Assembly: GCF_000017945.1 (NCBI RefSeq)
Contig: NC_009776.1
Coordinates: forward strand, 870,001 to 902,000
Length of the DNA: 32,000 bases
Origin: Ignicoccus hospitalis KIN4/I
GTDB lineage: Archaea; Thermoproteota; Thermoprotei_A; Sulfolobales; Ignicoccaceae
Direction: 5' to 3'
A model generated the notes under the pieces. It searched no databases. It saw only the letters and a program-made list of their open reading frames with translations, and was not told where the DNA came from. Within the stretch, counting starts at the first letter, position 1; each line of letters starts with the position of its first letter. Both the position numbers and the translations under genes were made by a program. Of this stretch, positions 1-7,870 are shown piece after piece.

Positions 1-542
1 AAGGCGCTCAGAAGTACGTCAAGTTGAAGAACTACATATTCTATGACTCCGAGAGAAACGCGCAGATAGCGAGGGTAGTGAAGAAGCTGCCGAAGCCAGT
101 ACTAGTCTTAGTAAAAGAGGTAAAACACGCACACGAGTTGTGTAAGGCCATAAAGTCGGAGCGCCTCTCGTGTGCGGTGCTGACCGGCAAGGAGAGCTCC
201 TCCCAGAGGGAGTCCGTCCTGAGGGCAGTCTTGAGGGGAGACTTGGACGTGGTAGTTGCTACCACCTTGGCCGACGAGGGCTTGGACCTCCCGCCGCTTA
301 GGTCATTGGTCTTGGCGGCCGGGGGGAGGTCGCAGACGCGCACCCTCCAGAGGGTCGGGAGGGTCACGAGGCCCTACCCCGGCAAGGAGGTGGGCATAGT
401 AGTTGACGTCTGGGACGACGACCGGGAGGCAGGAGGGATATTTTATAGGCAAGGGCTGGCCCGCATGTCCCTTTACCGCACTGAAGACATGTGGAAAATT
501 GTGGTTAAAGATATTAAACAATTTCTGAAGGAGAAGAACTGA
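1..542 (+). CDS. Superfamily-2 helicase (DEAD/DEAH or XPB/Rad25-like), C-terminal RecA-like domain only; the 5' end lies upstream of the window
   Basis: Frame 3 is open from nt 3, so the TTG at 24 is only the first in-window start. The translation shows the helicase motif V/VI region: DVVVATTLADEGLDLP and GGRSQTRTLQRVGRVTR (QRxGR motif VI). Confidence 0.7.
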   Translation, partial: GAQKYVKLKNYIFYDSERNAQIARVVKKLPKPVLVLVKEVKHAHELCKAIKSERLSCAVLTGKESSSQRESVLRAVLRGDLDVVVATTLADEGLDLPPLRSLVLAAGGRSQTRTLQRVGRVTRPYPGKEVGIVVDVWDDDREAGGIFYRQGLARMSLYRTEDMWKIVVKDIKQFLKEKN

Positions 543-554
543 GCGCGAATGTGA

Positions 555-561
555 TTTAAAA
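555..561 (+). promoter_or_regulatory. TATA-like box (TTTAAAA) upstream of the LSm-rpl37e pair
   Basis: AT-rich heptamer about 33 nt upstream of ATG 591 in an otherwise GC-rich spacer. GGAGGT at 582-587 could serve as a Shine-Dalgarno site. Confidence 0.4.
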
Positions 562-590
562 CGTAGCTCGCAGGCGGTCCGGGAGGTCAT

Positions 591-812
591 ATGGCGGACA
601 CGGCCCACAAGGTGATGGCAGAGGCAATAGGCAAGATAGTACTAGTCAAACTGAGGGACGGTAAGGTCAGGGGGAGGCTGAAGACCTTCGACATGCACTT
701 GAACATAGTCTTGGAGGATGCCGAGGAGGTCAGGGAAGACCAGACGAGGCCCTTAGGAACAATATTAATCAGAGGAGACGGCGTAGTCTTCGTATCTCCA
801 GTGGAGGTGTGA
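591..812 (+). CDS. Sm-like archaeal protein (LSm/SmAP)
   Basis: 73 aa. Sm1/Sm2-like pattern: [31 protein letters not shown] ... [13 protein letters not shown]. It sits 4 nt upstream of rpl37e, a gene pair conserved in archaea. Confidence 0.85.
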   Translation: MADTAHKVMAEAIGKIVLVKLRDGKVRGRLKTFDMHLNIVLEDAEEVREDQTRPLGTILIRGDGVVFVSPVEV

Positions 813-816
813 GGCC

Positions 817-1008
817 ATGAGCAAGGGCACTCCCTCGTTCGGCAAGCACAACAAGGGCAAGACCCACATAAGGTGTAGGAGGTGCGGCAGACACTCGTTC
901 AACGTTAGGAAGGGGTATTGCGTCGCTTGCGGCTTCGGGCGCTCTAAGAGGATGAGGCGCTACAGCTGGCAGAACAAGAAGTCTTGGACCCGCGTTAGGC
1001 TCAAGTAA
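817..1008 (+). CDS. rpl37e: 50S ribosomal protein L37e
   Basis: 63 aa, very basic. [33 protein letters not shown] is a four-Cys zinc ribbon typical of L37e. Confidence 0.95.
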   Translation: MSKGTPSFGKHNKGKTHIRCRRCGRHSFNVRKGYCVACGFGRSKRMRRYSWQNKKSWTRVRLK

Positions 1009-1053
1009 CTTTTAGTTCTTTCCGTATTCCTTGCAACCGGAAGGTGTGACGCG

Positions 1054-1692
1054 TTGAGCGTAGACGAGAAGGTGGCGAGGGCCCTAAAGGGCACTACGAC
1101 CGTCGGCATAAGGTCCGAAAAGGCGGTCGTCCTCGCGGCGGACAAGAGGGCCACTGCGGGGAACTTCATAGTCCACAAGAGGGTGGAAAAGATAGTGAAG
1201 ATCAGCGATTACATGGCGATGACCACGGCCGGCCTCGTAGCAGACGCTCAAGTGCTCGCGGACGTGTTGAGGATGGAAGTGAAGAACTACGAGCTGTTCC
1301 ATAAAAAGAGAATGAGCGTTAAGGCCGCGGCCACCTTCTTATCGAACGTGCTCCACTCGGCCCGCTTCTACCCCTACATAGTTCAACTGCTAGTGGGCGG
1401 CTTTGACACCGCCCCCAGGCTCTACAGCTTGGACTGGTTCGGGACGGTAGCTGAAGAGGAGTTCTTAGTCACCGGCTCCGGCTCTCCGATGGCCGTTGGG
1501 GTCATCGAGGCTGAGTACAACCCCAATATGGACTTAGAGGAGCTGGTGAACTTAGCAGTGCGCGCGGTCTTCGCGGCCACTCGGAGGGACACCGCCTCCG
1601 GCGAGGGCATAGACGTCGCAGTCATCGATCGGAACGGCATCACAATGCGCCATTACCGCTTAGGTGATGTAATAAGGCTTGTGCGCCCGTAA
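1054..1692 (+). CDS. psmB: Proteasome subunit beta (short propeptide, then catalytic Thr)
   Basis: ALKG/TTTVGIRSEKAVVLAADKRAT matches the propeptide cleavage site plus the Ntn Thr. The remainder is typical of a beta subunit. TTG is the first start after the in-frame stop at 1006-1008. Confidence 0.9.
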   Translation: MSVDEKVARALKGTTTVGIRSEKAVVLAADKRATAGNFIVHKRVEKIVKISDYMAMTTAGLVADAQVLADVLRMEVKNYELFHKKRMSVKAAATFLSNVLHSARFYPYIVQLLVGGFDTAPRLYSLDWFGTVAEEEFLVTGSGSPMAVGVIEAEYNPNMDLEELVNLAVRAVFAATRRDTASGEGIDVAVIDRNGITMRHYRLGDVIRLVRP

Positions 1693-1739
1693 GAAATAGG
1701 TTTTTCACTCCTCTGAGGAGGAGTTCTGGGCATTAAGCT

Positions 1740-4700
1740 ATGAAGAAGGTGTTGGCGTTCTTACTGACGTTAGCGGCGGCGGCCTTGGCGCAGAAGCTGG
1801 TAGTTCCAACTGCGATGAGCTGTGTTATTTCCGCTAACTACCCCAAGTTCGAGGTCCCCGTTCCCGTAATAACGATAAACGCGACCTCCCTCACGGTGCG
1901 AGTAGACGCTTGCGGCTTGGTTTCTTCTAAGGCTTACGTAGCGATGGCCTATACCAAAGGAACTATAGGTTTGGAGTTGCCCCTCAAGGAGCTGAGGTAC
2001 AAGTTCCCTTGCGGCGCTATAACAGTTGAGCTAGTCAACGACAAGGGAGAAGTTGTAGATGAGAGAAAAATAGCGTTTACTTTAGAGGTAATTAATATGA
2101 CGGAACCAATAATGATGTGTACGGCCTCGAGTGAGCTCACCGAGCTAGCTCTAAACAGTACCGAGGACGTGATTAAGTTCCTCAAAGCTGCTTACGATGG
2201 AGAAGCCTTCGAGACGTCGTTGTACATAGAGGCGTATAAGCCTACCTCCGTAACGGTTTACCTAGAGGGTCTAAAGGCCCGTTCGGCGGTCCCGAGCGTA
2301 GGCGTAGCAATCATTAAGGACAACATTGTAAGGATAATTAGAGCAAACGACACTAAGGCTATTACGCTGTACCTCGTGCCTACGAAGCCGGTCGCCTCTG
2401 TAGAGGCGTTCTCCAACGACGGCGCTTTCGCCTACTTCTCCTTGAACGCGACCTCCACGGACCCGGACGGCGACGGACTCCCAAGCGGGAAGGAGCTTCT
2501 CACTTACCGCACCAACCCCCTCAACTCCGATACAGACGGAGATGGCTTAACCGACTACCAAGAAGTTAAGGTGTATCACACAGACCCCTTGAAGCCTGAC
2601 ACCGACGGCGACGGCCTAACTGATTACGAGGAGATTAAGATCTACAAGACTAACCCGCTTAACCCCGATACAGACGGAGACAAGCTAACAGATTACCAAG
2701 AGGTTAAGGTTTACCAGACCAACCCCTTGTCCAACGACACCGACGGAGATAGGCTTACCGATTACGAGGAGGTCTCGCTCTACCACACCAACCCCCTGAA
2801 CCCTGATACGGACGGGGACAAGCTAACGGACTATCAAGAAGTTAAGATCTACAAGACTAACCCGCTTAACCCCGATACAGATGCCGATGGCCTAACAGAT
2901 GGCGAGGAGGTCTTGGACTACGGCACTAACCCGCTTAGCAACGATACGGACAGAGATGGCCTGACCGACTACCAAGAAGTTAAGGTCTACCACACTGACC
3001 CGCTGAGGGTTGACACCGACAGAGACGGCCTCGACGACTACCAAGAGCTTTCTTACTATAAGACCAACCCCTTGTCCAACGACACCGATAAGGACGGCCT
3101 AACGGACGGCGAGGAAGTCCTAAAGTACAACACCAATCCGCTTAATCCCGATACAGACGGAGATGGCTTAACCGACTACCAAGAAGTTAAGGTGTATCAC
3201 ACAGACCCTCTCGCCCCCGATACCGACAAGGACGGCTTGACGGACTACGAGGAAGTGATGCTATACCACACGAGCCCTACGTTAGCGGACACCGACGAGG
3301 ACAAGCTAACCGACTACCAAGAGGTTAAGGTTTACCACACCAACCCTCTAAGCAACGACACCGACAAGGACGGCTTGACAGATTACCAAGAGGTTAAGGT
3401 TTACCACACTGACCCGCTTAACCCCGACACAGATGCCGACGACTTGACCGACTACGAGGAGATAATGAAGTACCACACCGACTACCTCTCTAACGACACC
3501 GATAAGGACGGCCTAACGGACGGCGAGGAAGTCCTAAAGTACAACACCAGCCCGTTTAAGGTCGACACGGACGGCGACAAGCTAACAGATTACCAAGAGG
3601 TCAGAATATACGGCACTAACCCCCTGAATACCGACACCGACGGAGATGGCTTAACCGACTACCAAGAGGTCACCATAGGCACCTCCCCGCTCAAGTCCGA
3701 CACAGACAAGGACGGTTTGACGGACTACCAGGAGACGGTGATATACCACACCAACCCCCTGAACCCTGATACGGACGGGGACAAGCTAACCGATTACGAG
3801 GAGATAATGAAATACCGTACCAACCCTCTAAGCAACGACACGGACAAGGACGGCTTGACGGACTACGAGGAAGTGATGCTATACCACACGAGCCCTACGT
3901 TAGCGGACACCGACGAGGACAAGCTAACCGACTACCAAGAGGTTAAGGTTTACCACACCAACCCTCTAAGCAACGACACCGACAAGGACGGCTTGACGGA
4001 CTACGAGGAAGTAGAGGAGCACAAGACTAACCCGCTTAACGCGGATAGCGACGACGACAAGCTGACAGATTATCAAGAAGTTAAGGTGTATCACACCGAC
4101 CCGCTCAGTCCCGACACCGACAGCGACAAGCTAACCGATTACGAGGAGATTAAGGTCTACAAGACTAACCCGTTCGACGAGGACACCGATAGCGACGGCT
4201 TAACAGATTACCAAGAGGTTAAGGTTTACCGTACCGACCCGCTTAACCCCGACACCGACAGCGACAAGCTGACCGACTACCTCGAAGTCGAGGTCTACCA
4301 CACCGACCCGCTTAACCCCGATACAGACGGGGACGGCGTTTGGGACTCCGTGGACGCAGCACCGCTGGGCGACGTGAGGCTGGTGGTAACGGTGTCGCTC
4401 TACCAAGTGTACAACGTACCTCTCGAATATTTGAACAAGCTCCAAGCCTCCGTGGGCGCCCCCGGGAGCTCAGTTACGGAGAGCGTCTACAAGCACGTGA
4501 TAACTTACACTTACGACTTAGATGACCATAAGCCGTACGCGGTTATAGACGTAGCGCTGTTCTTCGAGAAGGACGGAAGCGTGGAGGTAGTGGACGTTAA
4601 CCCCGTGTTCGGGGCGAGGACGCTGAGGTTTTACGTAAAACCCGTAATGAAGAACGTTACTTTCAACGGTACCAGCGAGTCCGTCCCCACCGAGCTACAA

Positions 4701-4895
4701 GTCTACTGGAAGGAGGACGACGAAGTCGTGGAGCTGGGCTCGCTGAAGCTGCCGGTGCTCAGGAACGCCACCAGCGTAGTGGTCATACCGTTGAAGACGG
4801 ACCTGTTCGCCGGCAACGTGTCTCCCAGGGAAGCGGGGGCCTACGTGGCGTCCATCACGGTGGGCTTCAAGCTGTTGATTGTCCCCACGAAATGA
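1740..4895 (+). CDS. Secreted giant repeat protein: signal peptide, unique N-domain, about 27 thrombospondin-type-3-like DxDxDG calcium-binding repeats, unique C-domain
   Basis: ATG start with signal peptide MKKVLAFLLTLAAAALAQ. Repeat consensus is DTDGDGLTDYQEVKVYHTNPLNP. The antisense ORFs are low complexity. The stop codon is followed by a T5 run. Confidence 0.85.
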   Translation: MKKVLAFLLTLAAAALAQKLVVPTAMSCVISANYPKFEVPVPVITINATSLTVRVDACGLVSSKAYVAMAYTKGTIGLELPLKELRYKFPCGAITVELVNDKGEVVDERKIAFTLEVINMTEPIMMCTASSELTELALNSTEDVIKFLKAAYDGEAFETSLYIEAYKPTSVTVYLEGLKARSAVPSVGVAIIKDNIVRIIRANDTKAITLYLVPTKPVASVEAFSNDGAFAYFSLNATSTDPDGDGLPSGKELLTYRTNPLNSDTDGDGLTDYQEVKVYHTDPLKPDTDGDGLTDYEEIKIYKTNPLNPDTDGDKLTDYQEVKVYQTNPLSNDTDGDRLTDYEEVSLYHTNPLNPDTDGDKLTDYQEVKIYKTNPLNPDTDADGLTDGEEVLDYGTNPLSNDTDRDGLTDYQEVKVYHTDPLRVDTDRDGLDDYQELSYYKTNPLSNDTDKDGLTDGEEVLKYNTNPLNPDTDGDGLTDYQEVKVYHTDPLAPDTDKDGLTDYEEVMLYHTSPTLADTDEDKLTDYQEVKVYHTNPLSNDTDKDGLTDYQEVKVYHTDPLNPDTDADDLTDYEEIMKYHTDYLSNDTDKDGLTDGEEVLKYNTSPFKVDTDGDKLTDYQEVRIYGTNPLNTDTDGDGLTDYQEVTIGTSPLKSDTDKDGLTDYQETVIYHTNPLNPDTDGDKLTDYEEIMKYRTNPLSNDTDKDGLTDYEEVMLYHTSPTLADTDEDKLTDYQEVKVYHTNPLSNDTDKDGLTDYEEVEEHKTNPLNADSDDDKLTDYQEVKVYHTDPLSPDTDSDKLTDYEEIKVYKTNPFDEDTDSDGLTDYQEVKVYRTDPLNPDTDSDKLTDYLEVEVYHTDPLNPDTDGDGVWDSVDAAPLGDVRLVVTVSLYQVYNVPLEYLNKLQASVGAPGSSVTESVYKHVITYTYDLDDHKPYAVIDVALFFEKDGSVEVVDVNPVFGARTLRFYVKPVMKNVTFNGTSESVPTELQVYWKEDDEVVELGSLKLPVLRNATSVVVIPLKTDLFAGNVSPREAGAYVASITVGFKLLIVPTK
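2457..4355 (+). repeat. In-frame tandem array with a 69-nt (23-codon) period: 27 full units plus 1 partial unit
   Basis: Units counted directly in the translation; one unit is 22 aa. The array contains longer perfect duplications: 3225-3379 = 3843-3997 (155 nt), 3078-3135 = 3492-3549 (58 nt), and 2527-2587 = 3148-3208 (61 nt). Confidence 0.9.
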
Positions 4896-4900
4896 TTTTT
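4896..4900 (+). terminator. T5 run immediately after the stop codon of the repeat-protein gene
   Basis: The sequence reads tga-ttttt-g. Archaeal termination typically occurs at oligo-T tracts. Confidence 0.4.
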
Positions 4901-4928
4901 GTCCCTACTCCTCCTACACTCCCGGTAG

Positions 4929-5966
4929 GTGTTTATGGTAACCGTTGCCGTCATAGAGGGCGACGGTATAGGCCCCGAGGTCGTGGGCGCGACCCTTAAG
5001 GTGCTCGAAAAGATAAGGGAAACTTTCAAACTGCCGCTGGAGTTCGTCTTCGTGGAGGCGGGCGACAGAGCTAAGGAGAAGTACGGCGAGGCCCTCCCTA
5101 AGGAGAGCTACGAGAGGCTCCTACGAGCGGACGCTATACTCAAGGGCCCCGTCGGCGAGACGGCAGCGGACGTCATAGTTAGGTTGAGGAGGGAGCTGGA
5201 CCTCTTCGCCAACATAAGGCCCGCGAAGGTCTTGCCCGGAGTCCCCGCACTTAAGGAAAATGTAGATCTAATTATAGTTAGGGAAAATATAGAGGACCTT
5301 TACGTTGGTGCCGAGAACCTCTTGCCCCAGACCTCCTTGGGCCACAAGGTCGCGGTGGGCCTCAGACTGGCTTCAGAGAGGGAGACGAGGAGGGTGGCGA
5401 AGGTCGCCGCGGAGTACGCTAAAGCCCGTAGGAACAAAGTAACTATAGTACACAAGGCTAACGTAATGAGGGTGACGTGCGGGCTCTTCAGAGACGTCGC
5501 GAAGGAGGTCTTGGAGGCTGAGGGGGTTGAGGTAGACGAGATGTACGTGGACGCGGCCGCTATGGAGTTGGTCAGAAGGCCGGAGAGGTTCGACGTAATG
5601 CTGACTCCGAACGTCTTCGGGGACATACTCTCCGACTTGGCGGCCCAAGTGGTCGGCAGCTTGGGCTTGGCGCCCAGCGGCAACATAGGCGAGGAGCGCG
5701 CGCTGTTCGAGCCGGTCCACGGGGCGGCCTTCGACATAGCGGGTAAGGGGATAGCCAACCCTACGGCGACCATGCTAGCGGCGTCGATGATGTTGGAGTG
5801 GTTAGAGAGGAAGAAGGGGCTCCCCAAAGGGGCGGAAGCGGCCGCTGCGCTTCAGAGGGCGATAGAGAAGGCCTTGTCAGAGGGAGTAAAGACGCCGGAC
5901 TTGGGCGGGAACTACGGCACCTTCGAGTTCGCAGAAGAGGTCGTTAAGAGGTTGCAGCTTCCTTAG
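4929..5966 (+). CDS. Isocitrate/isopropylmalate dehydrogenase family enzyme (3-isopropylmalate or homoisocitrate dehydrogenase)
   Basis: VAVIEGDGIGPEVV at the N-terminus and the family signature NVFGDILSDLAA. The start could be GTG 4929 or ATG 4935. Substrate specificity cannot be read from the sequence. Confidence 0.85.
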   Translation: MFMVTVAVIEGDGIGPEVVGATLKVLEKIRETFKLPLEFVFVEAGDRAKEKYGEALPKESYERLLRADAILKGPVGETAADVIVRLRRELDLFANIRPAKVLPGVPALKENVDLIIVRENIEDLYVGAENLLPQTSLGHKVAVGLRLASERETRRVAKVAAEYAKARRNKVTIVHKANVMRVTCGLFRDVAKEVLEAEGVEVDEMYVDAAAMELVRRPERFDVMLTPNVFGDILSDLAAQVVGSLGLAPSGNIGEERALFEPVHGAAFDIAGKGIANPTATMLAASMMLEWLERKKGLPKGAEAAAALQRAIEKALSEGVKTPDLGGNYGTFEFAEEVVKRLQLP

Positions 5967-7143
5967 CCCTCTCCCTCTCCTCTAAGACCTTTTCTACGAT
6001 CTCCCTCAGCTTGTCCTCGGTAACCCTAATGCCCATGTCGCCGAGCCTCTTAACCTCGTCTAACACCCTTAGGACCACGTCAGGGTCCGTGGGGTAGCCT
6101 AGGGTCTTGAGGGCGTATTCAACGCCGTGCCTGCCGGAGTGCTTGCCGAGCACGATCCTCCTCCTCTGGCCGACCATTTCCGGCTGTATGGGCTCGTAGG
6201 TGAACGGGTTGTTGATCACCCCGTGCACGTGTATGCCGGACTCGTGACTGAAGACGTTCTCGCCGACGATGGGCTTGTTAGGAGGTATCGGTATGCCGGT
6301 TATCTTGGACACCAGCAGGCTGGTCTCGTAGAGCAGCTTAGTGTTGACGCCGGTCCTCACGTTCAGTAAGAACTCTAGGGCAGCCACCACTTCCTCGAGC
6401 GCGGCGTTGCCGGCCCTCTCCCCTATCCCGTTCACGGTCACGTGGGCTTGCCTGGCGCCGGCCTCTATGCCGGCTATGCTGTTCGCTACGGCCAAGCCGA
6501 AGTCGTTGTGGCAGTGGACGCTGACTATCCTCCCCTTGGCGGCCGGCAGTATGAACTTTATTAGGTACTTCATCCTGGTGGGCGTCATGACTCCTACGGT
6601 ATCGGGTATGTCCACCCTGTCCGCCCCCGCGTCCACTACGGCTTCAACCATAGTGTAGAGGTAGTTGAGGTCTGCCCTGGTGCCGTCCTCGGGGCTGAAC
6701 TCCACCGTCACCCCGTGGCTCTTCGCGTATTCCACCGCCTCTACGGCCCTCCTGAGGGCTTCCTCTCTGGTCATCCTAAGCTTGTACTTCAAGTGGATGT
6801 CCGAAGCTGCTATGAACACGTGGATCGCGTCCACGTCGGCGTCCAGAGCCTTATCTATGTCCCTCTTGTTCGCCCTAGCTAGGGCCACTATCTCCGGGCC
6901 CAGTCCCTCTCGGGCAATCGCCTTAACCGCCTCGAACTCGCCTTGGGACACTGCCGGGAAGCCGGCCTCTATGCTCGCTACTCCTAGCTTCGCGAGCTGT
7001 CTCGCGATCATCAGCTTCTGTTCCTTGGTGAAGCTTATTCCGGGGGTCTGCTCGCCGTCACGTAAGGTGGTATCAAAAATGCGTACCTCTTTGGGGAGGT
7101 TTTCCAGCTCTTCCGCTATCCTTACGCCCTCAACAATAAGCAT
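5944..7143 (-). CDS. 2-isopropylmalate synthase / homocitrate synthase / citramalate synthase family (HMGL-like TIM barrel, no long C-terminal regulatory domain)
   Basis: RIFDTTLRDGEQTPG and VHCHNDFGLAVANS motifs; 399 aa. ATG 7143 lies about 30 nt downstream of a TATA box. The 3' end overlaps the convergent dehydrogenase gene by 23 nt. Confidence 0.85.
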   Translation of the reverse strand: MLIVEGVRIAEELENLPKEVRIFDTTLRDGEQTPGISFTKEQKLMIARQLAKLGVASIEAGFPAVSQGEFEAVKAIAREGLGPEIVALARANKRDIDKALDADVDAIHVFIAASDIHLKYKLRMTREEALRRAVEAVEYAKSHGVTVEFSPEDGTRADLNYLYTMVEAVVDAGADRVDIPDTVGVMTPTRMKYLIKFILPAAKGRIVSVHCHNDFGLAVANSIAGIEAGARQAHVTVNGIGERAGNAALEEVVAALEFLLNVRTGVNTKLLYETSLLVSKITGIPIPPNKPIVGENVFSHESGIHVHGVINNPFTYEPIQPEMVGQRRRIVLGKHSGRHGVEYALKTLGYPTDPDVVLRVLDEVKRLGDMGIRVTEDKLREIVEKVLEERERAKEAATS

Positions 7144-7169
7144 CTCCTAACGCGGGTCTCCCGAGGACG

Positions 7170-7177
7170 TTATAAAA
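7170..7177. promoter_or_regulatory. TATA box TTATAAAA, probably bidirectional (serving the LeuA-like gene and ORF 7236)
   Basis: This is the only AT-rich element in the 92-nt divergent spacer. It lies 27-34 nt from the minus-strand ATG at 7143. On the plus strand it would leave a leader containing GGGAG about 8 nt before TTG 7236. Confidence 0.5.
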
Positions 7178-7235
7178 CTACCCGCGCGCTTTCCACTCAT
7201 AACCCAACGCTCTGCTCCATCAAGGGAGATAGGAG

Positions 7236-7817
7236 TTGCCGAAGGACTTCTTGAGGCAGATAGTAAACCCCACCTTGCTCGAGTTCGAAATACCCGTGCA
7301 GATATTGACAGAAATAAGGAAGAAGCTAGAGCTGGCCGAGAACAAGTACAACTTCAGCGCATTCGGGGGTGACCCTAAGAACTTGGTCAAGTTCTTCCAA
7401 TCGCCGCTCTGGAAAGAGGTCGTCGAACTCTTTGACGCGGCGGGGGCTAGGGCGGCCCTCATAAAGATCCTAGAAAAGACCAAAGAAGCCTACAAGGACG
7501 ACGAGGAGATAGTAAAAGCGGTCGAGAGGGCGCTGGAAGAACTAAAGAAGGGCGGGGAGGTCGAAAAGGTTACCAACGTTCTGGACATGGTTAAGAAGGC
7601 CGTCGAAGAGGTAGTGGGCGACTTCGCGGAGGTGAAGCTCTCGGAGGATAAGGTAATAGTAGAGGGAGATAGGTTCGAGGCGAAGGTGGAGGAACACGGA
7701 GGCAAGTACAGCGTGAGGCTGGAGGTCCGGGGAGTCTTCGAGGCCTCGAGCCTCGAGGAGATCAAGGGGTTATTGAAGGAGGCTAAAGAGTTAGCTTCGA
7801 AGCTCGTACCTCCATGA
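7236..7817 (+). CDS. Hypothetical protein, E/K-rich and predicted helical, no recognisable motif
   Basis: 193-aa ORF with a TTG start. The opposite-strand ORFs are Ser-rich low-complexity shadows, which supports plus-strand coding. No motif recognised. Confidence 0.5.
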   Translation: MPKDFLRQIVNPTLLEFEIPVQILTEIRKKLELAENKYNFSAFGGDPKNLVKFFQSPLWKEVVELFDAAGARAALIKILEKTKEAYKDDEEIVKAVERALEELKKGGEVEKVTNVLDMVKKAVEEVVGDFAEVKLSEDKVIVEGDRFEAKVEEHGGKYSVRLEVRGVFEASSLEEIKGLLKEAKELASKLVPP

Positions 7818-7832
7818 TCGAGCTCTAAGTAC

Positions 7833-7843
7833 TTTTTAAAATA
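7833..7843 (+). promoter_or_regulatory. TATA box TTTTTAAAATA upstream of membrane protein gene 7871
   Basis: Centred about 33 nt upstream of TTG 7871. Confidence 0.5.
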
Positions 7844-7870
7844 GCAGTTCCCCGTCCAGGCGGGGGTACG

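Noticed and set aside
1707-1724. Perfect 7-bp hairpin ACTCCTC-TGAG-GAGGAGT between psmB and the repeat-protein gene.
   Set aside because: It is short, and its 3' arm is simply the GGAGG Shine-Dalgarno region of the next gene. The T5 run lies before it, not after. There is no support for a specific regulatory role.
2457-4355. Regular 69-nt tandem repeats that could superficially look like a CRISPR or satellite array.
   Set aside because: The units are contiguous with no spacers, stay in frame, and encode a conserved peptide motif within one long ORF. This is a coding repeat, not a CRISPR array.
5300-5827. Long antisense or alternative-frame ORFs inside confidently assigned genes. Examples: 5300-5827(-), 5373-5720(-), 6341-6658(+), 6665-7150(+), 10986-11408(-), 15330-15845(+), 16950-17600(+), 21140-21814(-), 22395-22766(-), 23385-23855(-), 26516-26990(+), 28051-28329(+), 29046-29499 (both strands).
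   Set aside because: Their translations are low-complexity (Ser/Ala/Leu/Arg/Pro-rich) with no motifs. Each lies entirely within a gene whose product I can identify by strong motifs. Stop-poor shadow frames are expected in GC-rich coding DNA.
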